Positions 10,728 through 24,038 of a DNA stretch of 64,000 bases are shown here, piece by piece. The stretch lies in the NCBI GenBank assembly GCA_020137815.1, contig CM035357.1, positions 434,001-498,000 of the forward strand. The letters are read 5' to 3'. Source of the DNA: Hormiphora californensis (Eukaryota > Animalia > Ctenophora). The stretch's first letter is position 1, and each line of letters opens with the position of its first letter. Below the pieces are notes generated by a model that saw nothing but the letters and a program-made list of their open reading frames with translations, was not told where the DNA came from and ran no database searches. The position numbers were made by a program, and so were the translations under genes.

Positions 10728-13700
10728 ATGATGTCAATACTGGATAAACTCCAGGGGAATATCTCTAATCGGGAACTCTCCAAATTCAGGGACCAGAATT
10801 ATGATGATGTGAGTTATTATACTTCTTCTCAACTTTACATCCTCTCAACTTTATATCCACTTCAAATCAATGTATCCGCTAAATTCAAACCATGTTGAAG
10901 TATCTTCTTTTTCTTCTAACTTCTCTAGCTCTAAAGTTCTTATCAAATATCTCTGCAGATCAAGAAGGAGTGTCTAGATTCTGGGGAGTACTGGACAGAC
11001 CCCCTCTTTGGACCTGAAGACACCTCACTTTGGGAGGGCGAGGCGAAGAAAGAAGTGGAGTGGATGCGAATCAAGGTAACCATTGGTTACTAACCAACCG
11101 GCATGATGATTATCATGGTCGTTGCTAGGTTTCTAGGTGCCCAGTGGGCACTGTCCACTCTAACATATTTCCAAATCAAAAGATGCCCGTCAAATTCTGC
11201 AGTACATCTTTTCACACGGCAGCTGCACACCACATGGGTTTTTGTGTTTCTCTCAGCCCTCTCTTAAAGTCCATAGCCTCATCTAAGCCTGTCCTTTTAC
11301 TATCTATCCTAACCGAGCCTGCATCCTGAATGTAGTTAATAAAGGAGCAGTTCTTTGAACTTCTCCTAAATGGTCCGTCAGTCCACCTCCAAACCCCTTT
11401 TATAGTCTCCTCCAATCCCCCCTCTAGGATATCCATGAAGGTGCAACCCCCCAACCTCTCCAACCTTTCCTACCCACCTCTCCAACCTCTCCTACCCACC
11501 CCTCCAACCTCTCAACCTCTCAACCTCTCCAACACACCCCTCCCACCCCTCCAACCTCTCAACCCACCCCTCCAACCTCTCAACCTACCCCTCCAACCTC
11601 TCAACCCACCCCTCCATCAGCAATGAATCTATTCTCTCCAACCCACCTCTCCAACCTTTCAACCCACCTCTAGCTCTCCAACCTCTCCAACCCTCTATTC
11701 TCTCCAACCCCCTCTCCAGGATATCCATGAAGGTGCAACCCTCTACGTGAATGGAGGATGTGAGGATGATGTGAGACAGGGCGCCATGGGTAACTGTTGG
11801 TTCGTAGCCGCTGTAGCATGCTTCGGAATCCACAAGAAACTCCTCGATCATGTAATACTTTAATTAACTGCTTAATTAACTACTTTTTAAATTAAGCTGT
11901 GTGACTGTTTACAGTCCCAGAGGAGCAACCCAAACCAAACCAGCTCAAGCTCAAATTTTTCTTTCTTTTAAACTCTGTAAAATTGAAATATCTCAAGTGT
12001 TTTACTCGTAATATTATCTCTGCCAGGTGATTCCAGAACCTAAGAAGCAGGATCCACAAGAGAATGAAGATTATTGTGGAATGTTCCTGTTCAGGTTTTA
12101 CAGGTTCGGAGAGTGGGTCGAGGTAAGAACTGTGGGTGGGGACGGGTGGGGACGGGTGGGGTGGTGGGGACGGGTAGGGTGGTGGAAGTTTTTTGGTGGT
12201 GGGGGTTCAGACACTTTAAATCAGGAATCACAAACTCAGCCTATCTCTCACACACTTCAAAGAATTTTCTAGTTTTTAAAACGGGGCTAAAAGTTCACAA
12301 TTTTATCACGTGTCAACATTTCTACTTTCTAGGTTGTGATTGATGACTGGCTACCTACACGTCATGGTAAGCTAGTATTCATGCACAGTACAGAGAAGAA
12401 CGAGTTCTGGTGTGCCTTGTTGGAGAAGGCCTACGCAAAGTAAGTGATCTACTTTATTAGATCTACTACTACTTTAGAATTCTAGAACAGAAATTGTAAA
12501 GAGTTATGGGGCATGAAATCACAACGTTTTGGAGCATGTAAGGAATCATAAATTCTCAATTAATAGCTTATAAACAACGTGTAGTAAACTAAAACAGAAA
12601 AAGCAGGATAAGCGGTCAACGTTTAGCAAGAAAACAGTATAGATACATTGTATATGGACAATATACATTTACATATTATGCATGATTGCATGAATGTACT
12701 TGTATGTTATACAAATACATTCATGCATTGTTCAATGCTGGATAAAAGCAACTTCCACCAAGTCAATAGAAAGAGAGAAAAGAAACTAAAATAAGAACAA
12801 TCGAAATTGTAGCAATATTATTGTAAAAACACAGAAGAAGGCAATTAGTGATAGTAAAACTAAATAGTACTGCAATGAAAATTACAGGAGCTATTGGTAA
12901 TTATGTCTCGCAGATTGGATTTTAATTGGGATTGTTTGATTTTGAAGAACATTGTTTCCTAATTATACTCCCTAATTGTTTCCTAATTGTTTCCTAATTA
13001 GGTAATTTGAAGACTCCCCTAATTATACTTCCTAATTAGGTTGGCTGGAAGTTACGAGGCACTTGATGCTGGACGACCCGCGGATGCCCTTACTGATCTA
13101 ACTGGTGAGTCTCAGGATATATGTTGAGTCATTGGAAAGATCTCCCATTCAAAGTTTTCGGATGGTACAATAAGGATTCATTGAATTTGAATCCGATCCA
13201 AATTTCTAAATCACAACTTTAACTCATATCATATCATTAGTAATAACTGATCAATCTAAATCTCAATTTTGTTCAGGCGGAGTCAGTCAGTTTACTGACT
13301 TTACAAAAGCTAACATCCGAGAGGATGAGGTTGCTAGAGAGAAACTGTTTCAGTAAGTACATGATTTGAGATGTTGCACAACTCCTCAAACATATATAGG
13401 TTCTGTCTCACCTTTTTAGCACTCATGAAATTCGTATGAATGGTCTGCGGACATTAAGTCCACGGCCGTACAAGGTATAACCGACTAACAAACATACCTT
13501 CTGGTATGTTTCTATCAAAAGTCGTAACTCTAAAAACATCCCTGAACCCCCCCCCCCCCCCCCACTTCAGAGATCTGTTGAAGGCGTTATCCCGGGACTC
13601 CCTGGTGAACTGCAGCATGGTAGTTGATGAGCATGAGAACATGGAATCGATGAGGGAAAGTGGTCTGATCGTGGGGCATGCCTACACTCTCATCAAGTGT

Positions 13701-16692
13701 TATGAGTTGTCCCTGGGATTCCTAGGGTTGCAGGGGCGACACAGGCTGGTTAAGCTGAGGAACCCATGGGGAGGGACTGAGTGGAAGGGAGCCTGGAGTG
13801 ATGATGATCCGAGGTGGGCCGAGATATCCGAATCGAAGAAGAAGGTAACGAAACGTATTTGCCACTACTTTAGGATTTGAAGATAATCCCAGCTCCCCAA
13901 TGATGCCTGCAGCCTCACAATTGCCCCCTAATCATCTCCTAACTGCCTTTACCTCCCCCTCCTAATCAGTGAGTTAATTAATTATCCCCTAATTACCTCC
14001 TAATTATCCCCTAATTACCTCCTAATTATCCCCTAATTACCTCCTAATTTCAGGAGATCGATTTCACGAATTAGTTAATTAACTACCCTCCAATAACCCC
14101 TCCTAATTTCAGGAGATGGATTTCACTAATGAGGATGACTACCTACCTCCCCTCCTAATTAATTAGTTAATTAATTAATTACCTCCTAATTTCAGGAGAT
14201 GGATTTCACGAATGATACCCCCCCCCCCCTTATTTCAGGAGATGGATTTCACGAATGAGGATGATCCCCTCCCCCTAATTATCTCCTAATTACCAGGAGA
14301 TGGATTTCACGAATCAGTTAATTAACTACCCTCCAATAACCCCTTCTAATTTCAGGAGATGGATTTCACGATGGATCCCCTAATTACCCCCTAATTTAAT
14401 AATTACCCCCTAATTTCAGGAGATGGATTTCACGAATCAGTGAACTAATTATTCCCTAATGACCCCCTAATTTCAGGAGATGGATTTCACGAATTAGTTA
14501 ATTAATTACCCCCTAATTACCTCCTTATCAGGAGATGGATTTCACGAATGAGGATGACGGAGAGTTTTGGATGGAATATGATGAACTGATTAAGAATTTT
14601 GATAATATCACCATCTGTCGAATCATTAATTTGGACATGAATCTGATCAGAAAAAGGGTAAGAAAGATCTAAATTGTATCAGCTGGGGGGACCACATACA
14701 GCACTGTACTGAAATTCGCACCGCCGTAGGTGGTGCCTCTAACTTCAGTTCTCACTAGCACATACAACACTTTCGGTGCAAACTCCAGTACGCACTGCCG
14801 TATGTGGTGCCTCTTACTGATAAATATCGGTGGGACTATCAGTACACAATCTCACGTGAGCTTAGCTCAGAAAAGATCAGTACGGTGCTGTATGTGCTCT
14901 TCGTACTGAACTGAAAGGTCACGTGCACGCACTAGCCAATGACAGACCTGCATCTCACAATACACACACACACCCACACCACAGCAACCAATAAGAGGCG
15001 CACGCACTCTCACTACGACAGAAAGGGCCACACCTAGAACAAGGGCGAGATTATCCGACATATCGAGAAAATATGTGCTGCAATCGGGAAAGATAAGAGA
15101 GAGAGATAAGTGGAGATAAACATAACAAGAGAGAGAAAAGGAGGTAGAGAGAGTTCGGTATTAGTGAGAGGAAGATATTTCACAAAAAATTACGTGTTTT
15201 TAGCTTGTTTTGAAGGTTTTTTATTGATTGTTCAGTAAGAGGCACCACATACACTCACTGTACTGAAGTTTCCACCGACAGTATGTGGTGCGACGTTCTG
15301 GAGTTCGCACCGGTGCTGTATGTGGTCCCCCCTGGGAAGTTTTCCAGGTGATCTATTCCTATTCAACCTTTGAAAAGGAAATTGCGAATTTCATCTGACT
15401 GACGAACTTTCTTCGAAGGACAGTCAGTGACTGCATCCTTTGAAGAAGGTTCATCGTTTGGTATTTCTGTTTTTATTTCTACTAGTCAGAACACAGAATT
15501 CCATGTATTTACTTCCAAGTACATAGTACTATTACTGATATTCCCACAGTGGTACCTGAGGGAGATAAGGGGGAAATGGACACCAGGTGAAAATGCTGGG
15601 GGATGTGCAAACTTCAAGGAAACCTTCTACACCAATCCTCAAATTCAGGTTGGAATAAGACTGGGACTTAACTATAATTCCAATACCGTCTGGGATGGTT
15701 CTGTGACTATAAGTGTTTTACAAACAAAGCTTTTCCTGTCCAATTAAATATTGGTACAATTTGTATCATTTGTACTACAAAGACACATGATAACAGTTGT
15801 TATTCCCACACAGTTCAAGATCCTGGAAGAAGATGATGAAACTGTACAGATTGTTCTGGCTCAGAGGGATCTGAGGATCGATGATTTGGATAACCATGTC
15901 ATTGGCTTTAGGATATTCAAGGTACTTACTACAATTATCATCAATCAAGAATTCGCCGCACTTTTACCACGCCAATCATGAATTCGCCGCCATTTACCGC
16001 GCCAATCAAGAATTCGCCGCGTTTTTACCACGCCAATCAAGAATTCGCCGCGTTTTTACCGCGCCAATCAAGAATTCGCCGCTTTTTTACCGCGCCAATC
16101 AAGAATTCGCCGCCATTTACCGCGCCAATCAAGAATTCGCCGCGTTTTTACCGCGACAATCAAGAATTCGCCGCCATTTACCACGCCAATCAAGAATTCA
16201 CCGCGTGATCTTTCTAGGAGTTTACACCAGCTATCCACTGAGCCTTGTAATTAGAAATGTTTATTTTCCTTATAGGTTGCAGATAATAACGATGCCAAGA
16301 TTGTTAGAAAGGGAGGGAAAGCTGTTGAAAAGGCTCCCTACAGTAATGTCAGGGAGATTTACCATAGATGTCGGTTGGAGGTTGGTACCTATGTCATCAT
16401 TCCTACCACCTATGAGCCTGATGTTGAGGCAGATTACCTACTGAGGATCTTCACTGAAGATGACGCCTGTGTAGAGTGAGTAGATAATAGGGCTATCAAC
16501 ATCCAAATTAATTCAATTTATAGTTCCCATCTAGTTCAAGTTTCGATCGTCGGGCCGGAGGTGCCTACTCGTACCAAAATATGCTCGAGAAGCTGGCATT
16601 TGGCAACTGGAATTTGTTATCTGGATTCTGAGTTATGATAGCTTTTCGAAACTGTTAACTAACTATTGAACCTTTACAGGGTTCTTGAATGA
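10728..16692 (+). CDS. Calpain cysteine protease (CysPc + CBSW/domain III; no PEF or C2 tail seen), about 13 exons
   Basis: Spliced exons give [20 protein letters not shown] (catalytic Cys), [25 protein letters not shown] (His), LRNPWG (Asn), DDGEFWM, AGGCANF...[13 protein letters not shown]...YLLRIFTE, and a terminal exon VLE*. The start codon is uncertain. Confidence 0.93.
14040..14560 (+). repeat. Calpain acceptor echo cluster: 8 intronic copies of ...CAG|GAGATGGATTTCACGAAT before the real exon start at 14532
   Basis: CAG copies at about 14051, 14110, 14193, 14236, 14294, 14353, 14417 and 14474. The real acceptor at 14529-14531 continues [14 protein letters not shown]. Confidence 0.92.
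14686..15331. mobile_element. PIF/Harbinger-like MITE in a calpain intron
   Basis: TIRs GGGGGACCACATACAGCAC / GTGCTGTATGTGGTCCCCC with subterminal repeats. 3-bp CTG flanks on both sides (CWG-type TSD). Confidence 0.65.
15942..16206 (+). repeat. Intronic minisatellite, about 30-bp unit x9 (CCAATCAAGAATTCGCCGC..TTTACC.CG)
   Basis: Lies within the calpain intron at 15922-16275 and is not derived from exon sequence. Confidence 0.85.
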
Positions 16693-17191
16693 GGAATGAA
16701 CGAATTCACCAAGCCATCTTCCAGACGAACTTTCCATCTACATCACCAGCTGTCTGGCGGCGCCGACCCCATCTGATTGAACCATGTCGAATCAAAACAG
16801 GGTCCATGAGGCTGCCAGACTGGAATCACCTTTTTAGTTCTGAAATTAGACTTTAACAGAAATCTTGTTGTTAATGCCACCCCTTACTCTACAGAATGAC
16901 CATGTGTATGTGCTTTGGATATGAATGTATTTTTTGTATATTGTCTGGTTAATCTCGTTTTAACACTAAACTATATCCGAGTTTTTATTTCAAATCCTTT
17001 AAAATTAGTACATGTGTCAAACGATATATCCCATGTCACACATACTTCTCAAATGGTGGTCCATGCTACACATTGTTCAACAAAAGAGTTCTTCTGCAAA
17101 TTCCAACACCACAGTCCACCGCTCTGGCAACACTAAAATATGACAAACGTTCCTACATGAACATGTTGCATTGTGTTGTAAACAGCACACT

Positions 17192-20100
17192 CTACGTGAA
17201 GTTAGCGAAGAATGGTGTCAATGTGGTGTAATCCCTATCACCTCCTGCTCCTGTAGTCATCCATGGTTGCTCAGTTGAAATGTCACAGTCAGGGTTACCC
17301 GCAACGTGGAGACGTTCCAGATCAGCAATCACTGAGTCGTCCCTCAGGTCAACTCTGCAGTGGGAAAAGGGGCGGAATATTAGTGTTTAGATCAACTCTA
17401 GGGAGGGGGAAGGAGTTATAGTTAGATGAAAAATGGGGGCGGTAGTCAGGGATGTGTGGGACGGGTTGGGGCTGGTGGAGTAAGATGCCAGGGCCATGAA
17501 AGACAAATCGAAAGAAAAAATATCCAGAAGCTTTTGATTCAAAAGTTTTGAAGTTCATACCTGTTGAATATTTTGAGCACCTTCCCATCATCATTGGTGG
17601 TGATGATATCTCCAGGGGCTGCAAGATATGCAGAGGCAACCTGGGGAAGGGAAGATGAAATGAAGGGGTGTTGAGAAGATCTTCTTCTTCTTTTTCATAA
17701 GAGAGCCTGGGCAGGGAACCCACTAGGGGCTATCGCGACAGCGATTTGGTTGGCACTATGAGTGTTCGTGATGAATTCGGGGGAAAGGTTAAACTTAAAT
17801 CGGGATCCGACTGTTATAAGTAAATACTGAGCTGTTATACCTTGTTTCCCTCGTCAAGTAGTAGCCGAACATTGCTGCTGGACCCAATGGTCTGCATGTA
17901 AAGATCCACAGTAGCGAAGCTGGTTTTGCTTCTCTGGTTGGAGTCCACAATTACCACATAGTTGGGTGCATTCCAGGTTAGAGAGAGGGTGAGAAGATCA
18001 CGTAGTGTGCCCTCTGTCGTGTACTTTGCCAAATCAGCCTAGGAATATTTTGAAGAGAATTAGCACATTCCATGAGGGTGGTAAGACAGCTAGCCAAAGT
18101 TTCAATTCCAAATTTTTTAAATGAATGTAAACACAAAATCACCCTAACTAGGCCTAGTGGATCAAATGAGGACCGCGTGGGCTGAATCCTGGAAATCAAA
18201 ACGGTTCTGGGACAGGAAGGCAATATATGAAATGTACAACACTGTACCTACCCGAATAAAGAGGACTAGGTAGTGTGAGTCTCTTACTTAGTTAAGTTAT
18301 GATAATGACGTCATGAGGGCACCTACCCGAATAAAGAGGAGGATGGTGAGGGAGGAGCCAGTTCGTAGGTTTCTAAAGGCAACTCCGTTCAGAGACCACT
18401 CATCGACACTATAACATTGGAGCTGTTCCACTTGGATCTCGTCACACACCTACAAATTGTGTTGTTCATTCAGTATCAGGTGGGTAAAATCGGTGAAAAT
18501 TGGGTAGAATTGGGTGAAATTAGGTGAAAACGGGGTAAAAAAGGAACATGGGTGAGTTATACTGAACAGTCATCATCCTACTTTATGGTGGATCAGGAGC
18601 CCTGCTAATTTTACTAACCGTTTGCCCCAAGTTCTCCAACACAAAGTCATGATGAATAACGTCCCTCCAATGGAGAGAGGTAGCTGCTGAGTTCTTTCTT
18701 GTTCGACCCAACACACCGTCCCTCATAAACCTAGGGAGAAGGATTTTAAAGAATTGGTTATAACTTACATATACTCCGGACACTTCTCTCAGGACACGAT
18801 TCGAGTTCGATTGAGCAAGTGAAATAAGCGAAGAAGAAAACAGTGGAAATAATCCCTGCACAGTGCACCAATACCTGCCCACTACCTCCCCAACCAACCT
18901 GATGACACGGCCCCATCTGTCCACTAGGTACATATCGTTCTTTTTGGAGCGAGCTGCCACCGACTCGTTTCCGTATTTGCCTGAATACAGTAGTTGGTGA
19001 CGCAATTGAGCTTTCTTGTTTCGCCTCCCGTTTAGATTCTCACAAGATCAGACGGGAATTAGACGGGAATTAGACGGGAATTAGACGGGAATTAGACGGG
19101 AATTAGACGGGAATTAGACGGGAGTTAGACGGGAATTAGACGGGAGTTAGACGGGAATTAGACGGGAATTAGACGGGAATTAGACGGGAATTAGACGGGA
19201 ATTAGACGGGAGTTAGACGGGAATTAGACGGGAATTAGACGGGAATTAGACGGGAATTAGACGGGAATTAGACACTAGACGGGAATTAATCGGGAATTAG
19301 AAAACACCAAGTCACTAACCTCCATACTCATCAATAAAGCTGCCCAATGTGTCCCAAATTCCACTCTCCCTGGTGTCCTGTATGGGTGTCACGTGATCTT
19401 TAACGTTGTAATACTTGTTGATCCTGTTTTTCATCATTCGGAACTTGGCCTTGGACTTTGGGATATCCCTGGATATGGAGTGGTTGGAAGTGGACTCTAG
19501 TGCTACACTCTAAGTCTACAGTGGACTATATATCTAAATTTAGATTTAGATAAAGAGTCCAAAAAGTCTATAAACTCTAGGAGGACTCTATGTCTAAAAA
19601 GTCTACACAGGGCGGACTCTTTATCTAAAAAGTCTACAAAGGGCAGACTCTATATCTACATAAATCTAAATTAGACATAGAGTCCGCCATTCTCTAGTAC
19701 TAGCATTCTGTGGATGGGCGAAAGGGAAATGACAGCAGAAACAATTCCGTCAATTCCAATTTTCAATCAAAACTTCTCTCACCGATTGATAACAACCACA
19801 TCAACATCTGCAAACATGTTCGATCTTCTGCTGTCCATTTGGAAGTTCTTCCAACGACGGGCGAGCATTCCTGCAATACCCGCCACCGACTGGCATGTTC
19901 CTGTTAAAAGTTGTGATGAAGGAGCAGGAGTTTTTATGAAGGAGCAAAAAAAATTAAACAAACTACAGCGTTTGTAAATCTACAGTATAACTACCACAAA
20001 TACAAGAAAGAATCTACTACCTAGCGCCCTATGTAACATTACCACAGTGTGCCTCAGCCAGGTAAAGAATGTTTGGTCGTTCGTTTGTTTCAGTTTCATA

Positions 20101-20508
20101 GTCCCAGACCTCGACACCGTTACTGTTGAGCTGCTTCAGTTCGGGAACACGGCCACACAGATTGGGATGGTACCGGAAAAAATACGGCCTGGGAGGAAGT
20201 TCAATCAGTAGTCAGTTTTTAAGGGGGACTGGGGAAGTGGGGGAAGCTTTTGTAAGTGAATTTATTCCCTCGACAGCTTGTTGAGTAAACAACTTCAGTG
20301 CAGCTCTTGTTCTAATGTCAATATCTCATAATACTAATAGTATGATCTCGAATATTATCTCATGAGATCTCAGCTGTTAAAATAGTTTCTACCTGTGATG
20401 TTCACCATATAAAGGTGGGGTGGGTGTGATGTATTCAGTGGTGGCGGTGGCATCTTGCTGCGCCCAGCAAATGGAGCAGCAGACTGCAAACAACAACGCA
20501 AACAACAT
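17192..20508 (-). CDS. Secreted protein with two tandem selenoprotein-P N-terminal-like (thioredoxin-fold) domains, with Cys in place of Sec; about 10 exons
   Basis: Signal peptide MLFALLFAVCCSICWA. Domain 1: LYLAEAHCGTCQ...VVVINR...TPIQDTRESGIWDTL...SKKNDMYLVDRWGRV, which parallels SelP LLQASUYLC...YIVVNH...PVYQQ...VWTLL...SKDDFLIYDRCGRL. Domain 2: CYSVDEWSLNG...ILLFIR...YVVIVD...LLLDE...DIITTNDDGKV. All introns are GT-AG. Confidence 0.7.
19049..19300. repeat. 11-bp minisatellite TTAGACGGGA(A/G), about 22 copies, in a SelP-like gene intron
   Basis: Direct inspection. The sense (minus) strand unit TCCCGTCTAAT contains CTAAT. Confidence 0.9.
19520..19690. repeat. Imperfect inverted-repeat element in a SelP-like gene intron
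   Basis: GGACTATATATCTAAATTTAGATTTA ... TAAATCTAAATTAGACATAGAGTCC with internal GACTCT..TCTAAAAAGTCTA repeats. Confidence 0.5.
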
Positions 20509-20556
20509 GGCTATAGTAGAGTGTGTGTCGTGTTTCTCTAACTCTCTCTATCTCTT

Positions 20557-20658
<102 letters not shown>

Positions 20659-20801
20659 TCTCTTTTCTCCCTGTTGTCTATCTCCACTCTCTCTAGCTGC
20701 TATCACTGTGGCCTTTTCCTATTGGCTACGGGCGATGCTGTAATGAGATTTTAGACTGAGTATAACATAAACTATGTTCTATCCCCGGGGCGGGGAGGGA
20801 G

Positions 20802-20911
<110 letters not shown>

Positions 20912-21593
20912 GAAGGAGAAAGATGAAAGGATAATTGGAATATTCATCCTGCATCCATCATCACTCGAATAATCCCAATTTGTATCCGTTATTTGGGGCC
21001 ACGTCAGCATTCCGGACGTGCCCCCTCTCAGACGGAAAGGGGTGAGACTATCATTGAGAAATTAGGAGTGGGCGGGGAGTGGGAGGAGATCATGTTAGGA
21101 GCAAGAGGACCCAAAATCATCTCTCCATCTCGAGCTGAGAGGTCCTTACTAAGAAGACTGAGGGAATCATGATAACTGGACCGGCTGCTCGGGTATGGGG
21201 GGGGGGGGCCGGTATCGGTAGATCAGCGCTGATTTACTGTTATACACCCTGGTTTACCATAATTACCAGGCAGACTCCTTTCCCTGGAGCATCCCAGTCA
21301 ATCAGGGTTCGGCTGCAGTAATCAGCCTTGTCTGGCGCCGCAGACCCCATTTGAGAATCAGCCTGAGTTTTGCCGCCTTTTTTCTGCCAACAAATTAAAC
21401 GATTTCAGATTTTTTTTGTTTGCAAATGACATTTTCACTAAATTTTACATTTCAAAAGGCACGTTAATATTCAACACTCTGACATGTTCCAATGGCAATT
21501 CACACACTGACATGTTCCCATGGCAACTCATACACTGAGATGTTCCCATGGCAACTCACAAACTGAGGGGAGAGAGAGGGCAACCCTAGATAA

Positions 21594-23072
21594 GGCAATT
21601 TCTGATTTGCCGCATACGGCGTCTAGACGGCGTCGCAACGCCGTCTAGACGGCGTCTAGACGGTATACCGTCTGGACGGGTTTCGGTGAAATCAGCTAAA
21701 AACGGTACCGAAATTGCTTGAGACGGGTTATAGACGGTATCAGACGGTCTCTAGACGGGTTATAGACGGTATCAGACGGTGTTGCGACGGTATCAGACGG
21801 TCTCTAGACGGTGTCTAGACGGTACCGTCCCGGCGTCTGGACGGCGTCTGGACGGTATCCGTCCGAAGTTGAGACGGCACGTCTGAAAATTGTACCAGAC
21901 GTTGAGACGGACTTTTAGAACTCCGTCTGTATTTCAGACGGAGTTTTAAAAGTACGTCTCAACGCAGTCTAAAGGAAAATCGATGAAAGTACCGTCTAGA
22001 CAACGTCTCAACTGAAACCGGTCAACATACCGTCTAAACAACGTCTAGACAACGTCTAAACAGAATCTCGCGATTCAGTTTCAAATACCGTCTAGACAAC
22101 TTCTCCAGCAATTTCGATAAGAATACCGTCTAAACAACGTCTAGACAACGTCTCAAATAATGATGTCTAGACTCGACCGTTTTCGAAGACCATTCTGGAT
22201 TACCCATGCCAGTTGGAATTAGTGGTAGATGTGTGCCTATTGAATGAAAATTACACATGTGTTTAACCAGCACAGTCGTACCGCGATGCTCGGGGACGGG
22301 AAAGGGGTTATCCTCCCGGTAATTTTCGTACCCAACTTCTTACATTCAACCAAACTGTTTTGGTATCTCCACATTCACTCTTACATCCAGCTATCGCGTT
22401 GTAATACAACTGTGAGATACTGTCTATGGCTGATACTATCAGTGATAGATAGTGTCGGTTATGAGACGTTGTTTAGACGGTATCTGTATCGGATTCGCTT
22501 AAGACGTTGTCTAGACGTTGTTTAGACGGTATTCGTATCGAAATTGCTGGAGAAGTTGTCTAGACGGTATTTGAAACTGAATCGCGAGATTCTGTTTAGA
22601 CGTTGTCTAGACGTTGTTTAGACGGTATGTTGACCGGTTTCAGTTGAGACGTTGTCTAGACGGTACTTTCATCGATTTTCCTTTAGACTGCGTTGAGACG
22701 TACTTTTAAAACTCCGTCTGAAATACAGACGGAGTTCTAAAAGTCCGTCTCAACGTCTGGTACAATTTTCAGACGTGCCGTCTCAACTTCGGACGGATAC
22801 CGTCTAGACACCGTCCAGACGCCGTCCAGACGCCGGGACGGTACCGTCTAGACACCGTCTAGAGACCGTCTGATACCGTCGCAACACCGTCTGATACCGT
22901 CTATAACCCGTCTAGAGACCGTCTGATACCGTCTATAACCCGTCTCAAGCAATTTCGGTACCGTTTTTAGCTGATTTCACCGAAACCCGTCCAGACGGTA
23001 TACCGTCTAGACGCCGTCTAGACGGCGTTGCGACGCCGTCTAGACGCCATATGCGGCAAATCAGAAATTGCC
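21594..23072. mobile_element. Mutator(MULE)/Foldback-like element with long TIRs and a 9-bp TSD
   Basis: Inverted arms of about 570 bp start GGCAATTTCTGATTTGCCGCATA and are rich in TCTAGAC/AGACGG subrepeats. The direct repeat CCTAGATAA lies at 21585-21593 and 23073-23081. Confidence 0.88.
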
Positions 23073-23345
23073 CCTAGATAACGCTACCTTCCTAATTAAC
23101 TTGAATCCTAAAAACAACGATAGTGAAACTAAAATAGTAGTCTAGAACCCGCTAATACGTTTCCGATATTAAATATACCTCTCGACATGGATGGTCTCTG
23201 ATTCCCTGATTTTTGAAATATTTTGAACTGACGGTTCTATCTTTGATATAATATATTAGTTTCACTTTCACTTACACAACTAAATAAATCGAACTATGAA
23301 ACAATTCCTTCTGATAATCAAATCACGATAAACTAGATGTGTTAT

Positions 23346-23622
23346 ACAGTCGGGCCCCGATTTACAGGGCAAAATCCTTTCCCCGGAGCATCCCAGTAAA
23401 TCGGGGTCCGATTGTAACTGCAAACTAGTCCAAAATCCAATGAAAAGGAAAAGATGGGGGTATCTAGATATATCACGTATTGCAAAACTTTACTAAAACA
23501 TCCTAAGAAAATCGCAGATTTCTCGAAATTGACATGATACTGGCCTTACAAAATCAAGGAGAAACCCTATACAGTTGGATGCCGATTTACCAGAACATCC
23601 CGGTAAATCGGGGTCCGACTGT
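23346..23622. mobile_element. Two copies of a short dispersed hairpin MITE family (ACAGTCGG.CCCCGATTTAC...GTAAATCGGGGTCCGACTGT)
   Basis: Copies at about 23346-23416 and 23569-23622. Related or partial copies at about 590-652, 4785-4872, 17796-17813, 21275-21318, 22273-22325 and 42850-42875. Confidence 0.7.
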
Positions 23623-24038
23623 ACTACCTAAATCAATCAAACTATGCGCCAATAAATTCAAACTTTCTTCCAAATTGGGGCAGGTTATCGATATAAATAA
23701 CAGGAATTTAACAGAGCAATTTACAAAAAGTACTTGAGTAATATTTCAAAACATAACCGAGTACTTTTTGTAAATTGGTCCCTAACAAATGTAGATCCAG
23801 TTTTAGAAAAATCAGCCACCAACAAAATTCTAGGATAATATATCTGAAACACCCATTAATCTCAACAACAATCATGATTATATAGTCCCATAATAACACT
23901 TTGAGTCCCTTAATATTTCCCTCTCTTGTGACCCCAAGCTGTTCCTCCCATTGTTCCTCACTGTTCCTCCTCAATTCCCCTAAATAATGTTGTCCCTTGT
24001 TGATCCAGGATCCTCCTCCCCTCCTATCTGATACATTA

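Noticed and set aside
12133-12184. G-quadruplex-like GGG runs after a calpain donor
   Set aside because: Common intronic feature with no evidence of function from the sequence alone.
15881-16444. 187-aa ORF with [15 protein letters not shown] repeats
   Set aside because: Read-through of an intronic minisatellite, overlapping calpain exons in the wrong frame.
17192-20508. True selenoprotein with UGA recoding
   Set aside because: The reconstructed CDS uses TGT/TGC at the redox motif and has no in-frame TGA.
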